Shown in pieces: positions 51,690 through 52,674 of a DNA stretch of 52,674 nucleotides (position 1 is the first letter of the stretch; the number at the start of each line of letters is the position of its first letter). Below the pieces are notes generated by a model, which was not told the DNA's origin, ran no database searches, and saw only the letters and a list, made by a program, of their open reading frames with translations. Made by a program: the position numbers and the translations under genes. Source of the stretch: a virus (taxonomy: Duplodnaviria > Caudoviricetes); IMG/VR virus record IMGVR_UViG_3300030098_003093, positions 1 through 52,674 of that record; one strand, 5' to 3'.

Positions 51690-52674
51690 ATGGCTTTAGA
51701 AAAAAAAGTGCTTGCTGGTGGAGGAATGGACAAGGATACCGATTCAAGGTTTCTTGCTAAAAATGATTATAGAGAGGCTCACAATGTGCGTATATCTACT
51801 TCTGATGAAGGAAATGAGGGTACTGTAGAAAATATACGTTCAAATTTAAAGATACCTAATTTAGATGTTGATGCGCAAGGAAACAAAGTAATAGGTTCTT
51901 ATGAAGACGTAGATAATAAAAAAGTTTATTATTTTGTAGCTGGAGCAGCGTGGACTGGAGGAAATTCTATATATCAATATGATACAAGCACAGAAACAGT
52001 ACAGTTAGTTTTACAAGATTCTTTATTAAATTTTGATAGAAATTATTTAATTACAGGAATTAGTATAATAGGAACTGATGAGGATAGATTTCCTCTAGGA
52101 CTTTTGTACTGGACAGATGATTTTAATCCTCCAAGAAAAATAAACATTGATAAAGCACTTAGGTATACTGCTTCTGGAGGTGGAGACCCTTTAGGTTATC
52201 AAAGCATAACTTTTGATTCTTTAGACGCAATTAAACATCCTCCTGAAAAAGAGCCTACTTGTCAAAATTTAACAGTTTTAAATCCTTTTTTAACAGATAC
52301 AAATACACAAAACAATCAACTAAAAGGAAGGTCATGGCAATTTAAATATAGATGGGTATATGATGATGGAGAAATATCTTCTTGGTCTCCTAATAGTTTA
52401 GTTCATGCTGACACTAATTTTGATTCTTTTTTTGATTCTGGTACCGTTTCTAATGTTTCAAATGTTCTTCCCGTTGCTTTTAATAGTGGTGAAGAACTAG
52501 TTGAAAGAATACAAATAGCAACTAGAAACAGTAATGACATGGATGACTGGCTTCTTGTTTGTGATATAAAAAAATCTTATTTAAAAGAAAAAGTTGGTAC
52601 AAGCGTATCTTCAATTTCACCTTTAGGGACTGGTACTGTATTAAATAATAACAATCAATATGTATTTTATTTTT
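51690..52674 (+). CDS. Tail stabilisation (muzzle/nozzle-like) protein, 3'-truncated
   Basis: Read by hand: MALEKKVLAGGGMDKDTDSRFL..NDYREAHNVRIS..EGNEGTVENI, LYWTDD.NPPRKINI; appears open to the window end. Confidence 0.75.
   Translation, partial: MALEKKVLAGGGMDKDTDSRFLAKNDYREAHNVRISTSDEGNEGTVENIRSNLKIPNLDVDAQGNKVIGSYEDVDNKKVYYFVAGAAWTGGNSIYQYDTSTETVQLVLQDSLLNFDRNYLITGISIIGTDEDRFPLGLLYWTDDFNPPRKINIDKALRYTASGGGDPLGYQSITFDSLDAIKHPPEKEPTCQNLTVLNPFLTDTNTQNNQLKGRSWQFKYRWVYDDGEISSWSPNSLVHADTNFDSFFDSGTVSNVSNVLPVAFNSGEELVERIQIATRNSNDMDDWLLVCDIKKSYLKEKVGTSVSSISPLGTGTVLNNNNQYVFYF

Larger units (their letters stand above)
1..52674. mobile_element. Bacteroidota (flavobacterial-type) tailed phage genome segment
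   Basis: Terminase, portal, capsid, tail, lysis and replication genes fill the window; no host housekeeping genes or integrase seen; Bacteroidota-type promoters. Confidence 0.93.

Noticed and set aside
1-52674. Stop-codon reassignment as in some crAss-like phages
   Set aside because: Long genes are intact and densely packed under the standard code, and TAA, TAG and TGA all end genes
1-52674. tRNA, rRNA, integrase or att sites
   Set aside because: None recognisable by eye; a tRNA scan would be needed to exclude tRNAs fully

Overview
The whole window looks like part of a lytic dsDNA tailed-phage genome. It is AT-rich and gene-dense, and the host is most likely a marine Bacteroidota (Flavobacteriia-like) bacterium. 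Host evidence: TAnnTTTG (-7) promoters, A-rich leaders without Shine-Dalgarno sites, signal peptides followed by Gln, SprB repeats and a T9SS sorting domain. Layout: (1) 1-10.9 kb, + strand: end of a large virion gene, then an accessory, envelope and lysis module; (2) 10.9-26.7 kb, - strand: early and replication genes (primase-helicase, DUF4373 initiator, SSB, DnaA domain IV protein, RecE-like exonuclease, annealase, many small ORFs); (3) about 26.7-27.2 kb: non-coding, probable physical genome end; (4) 27.2-28.5 kb: a chain of tiny basic ORFs plus an HNH nuclease; (5) 28.6-52.7 kb, mostly + strand: GroES-like protein, terminase, portal, scaffold, major capsid and tail genes, distantly like crAss-type podoviruses. 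Most notable: 11 copies of a 14-bp palindrome, TCGGAC-TT-GTCCGA, confined to the early arm and often inside genes; a phage-encoded type IX secretion cargo near a putative outer-membrane beta-barrel; two further dispersed DNA motif families; two candidate structured RNAs; and a duplicated, split tail gene. All family assignments are by eye from motifs; no database searches were run.
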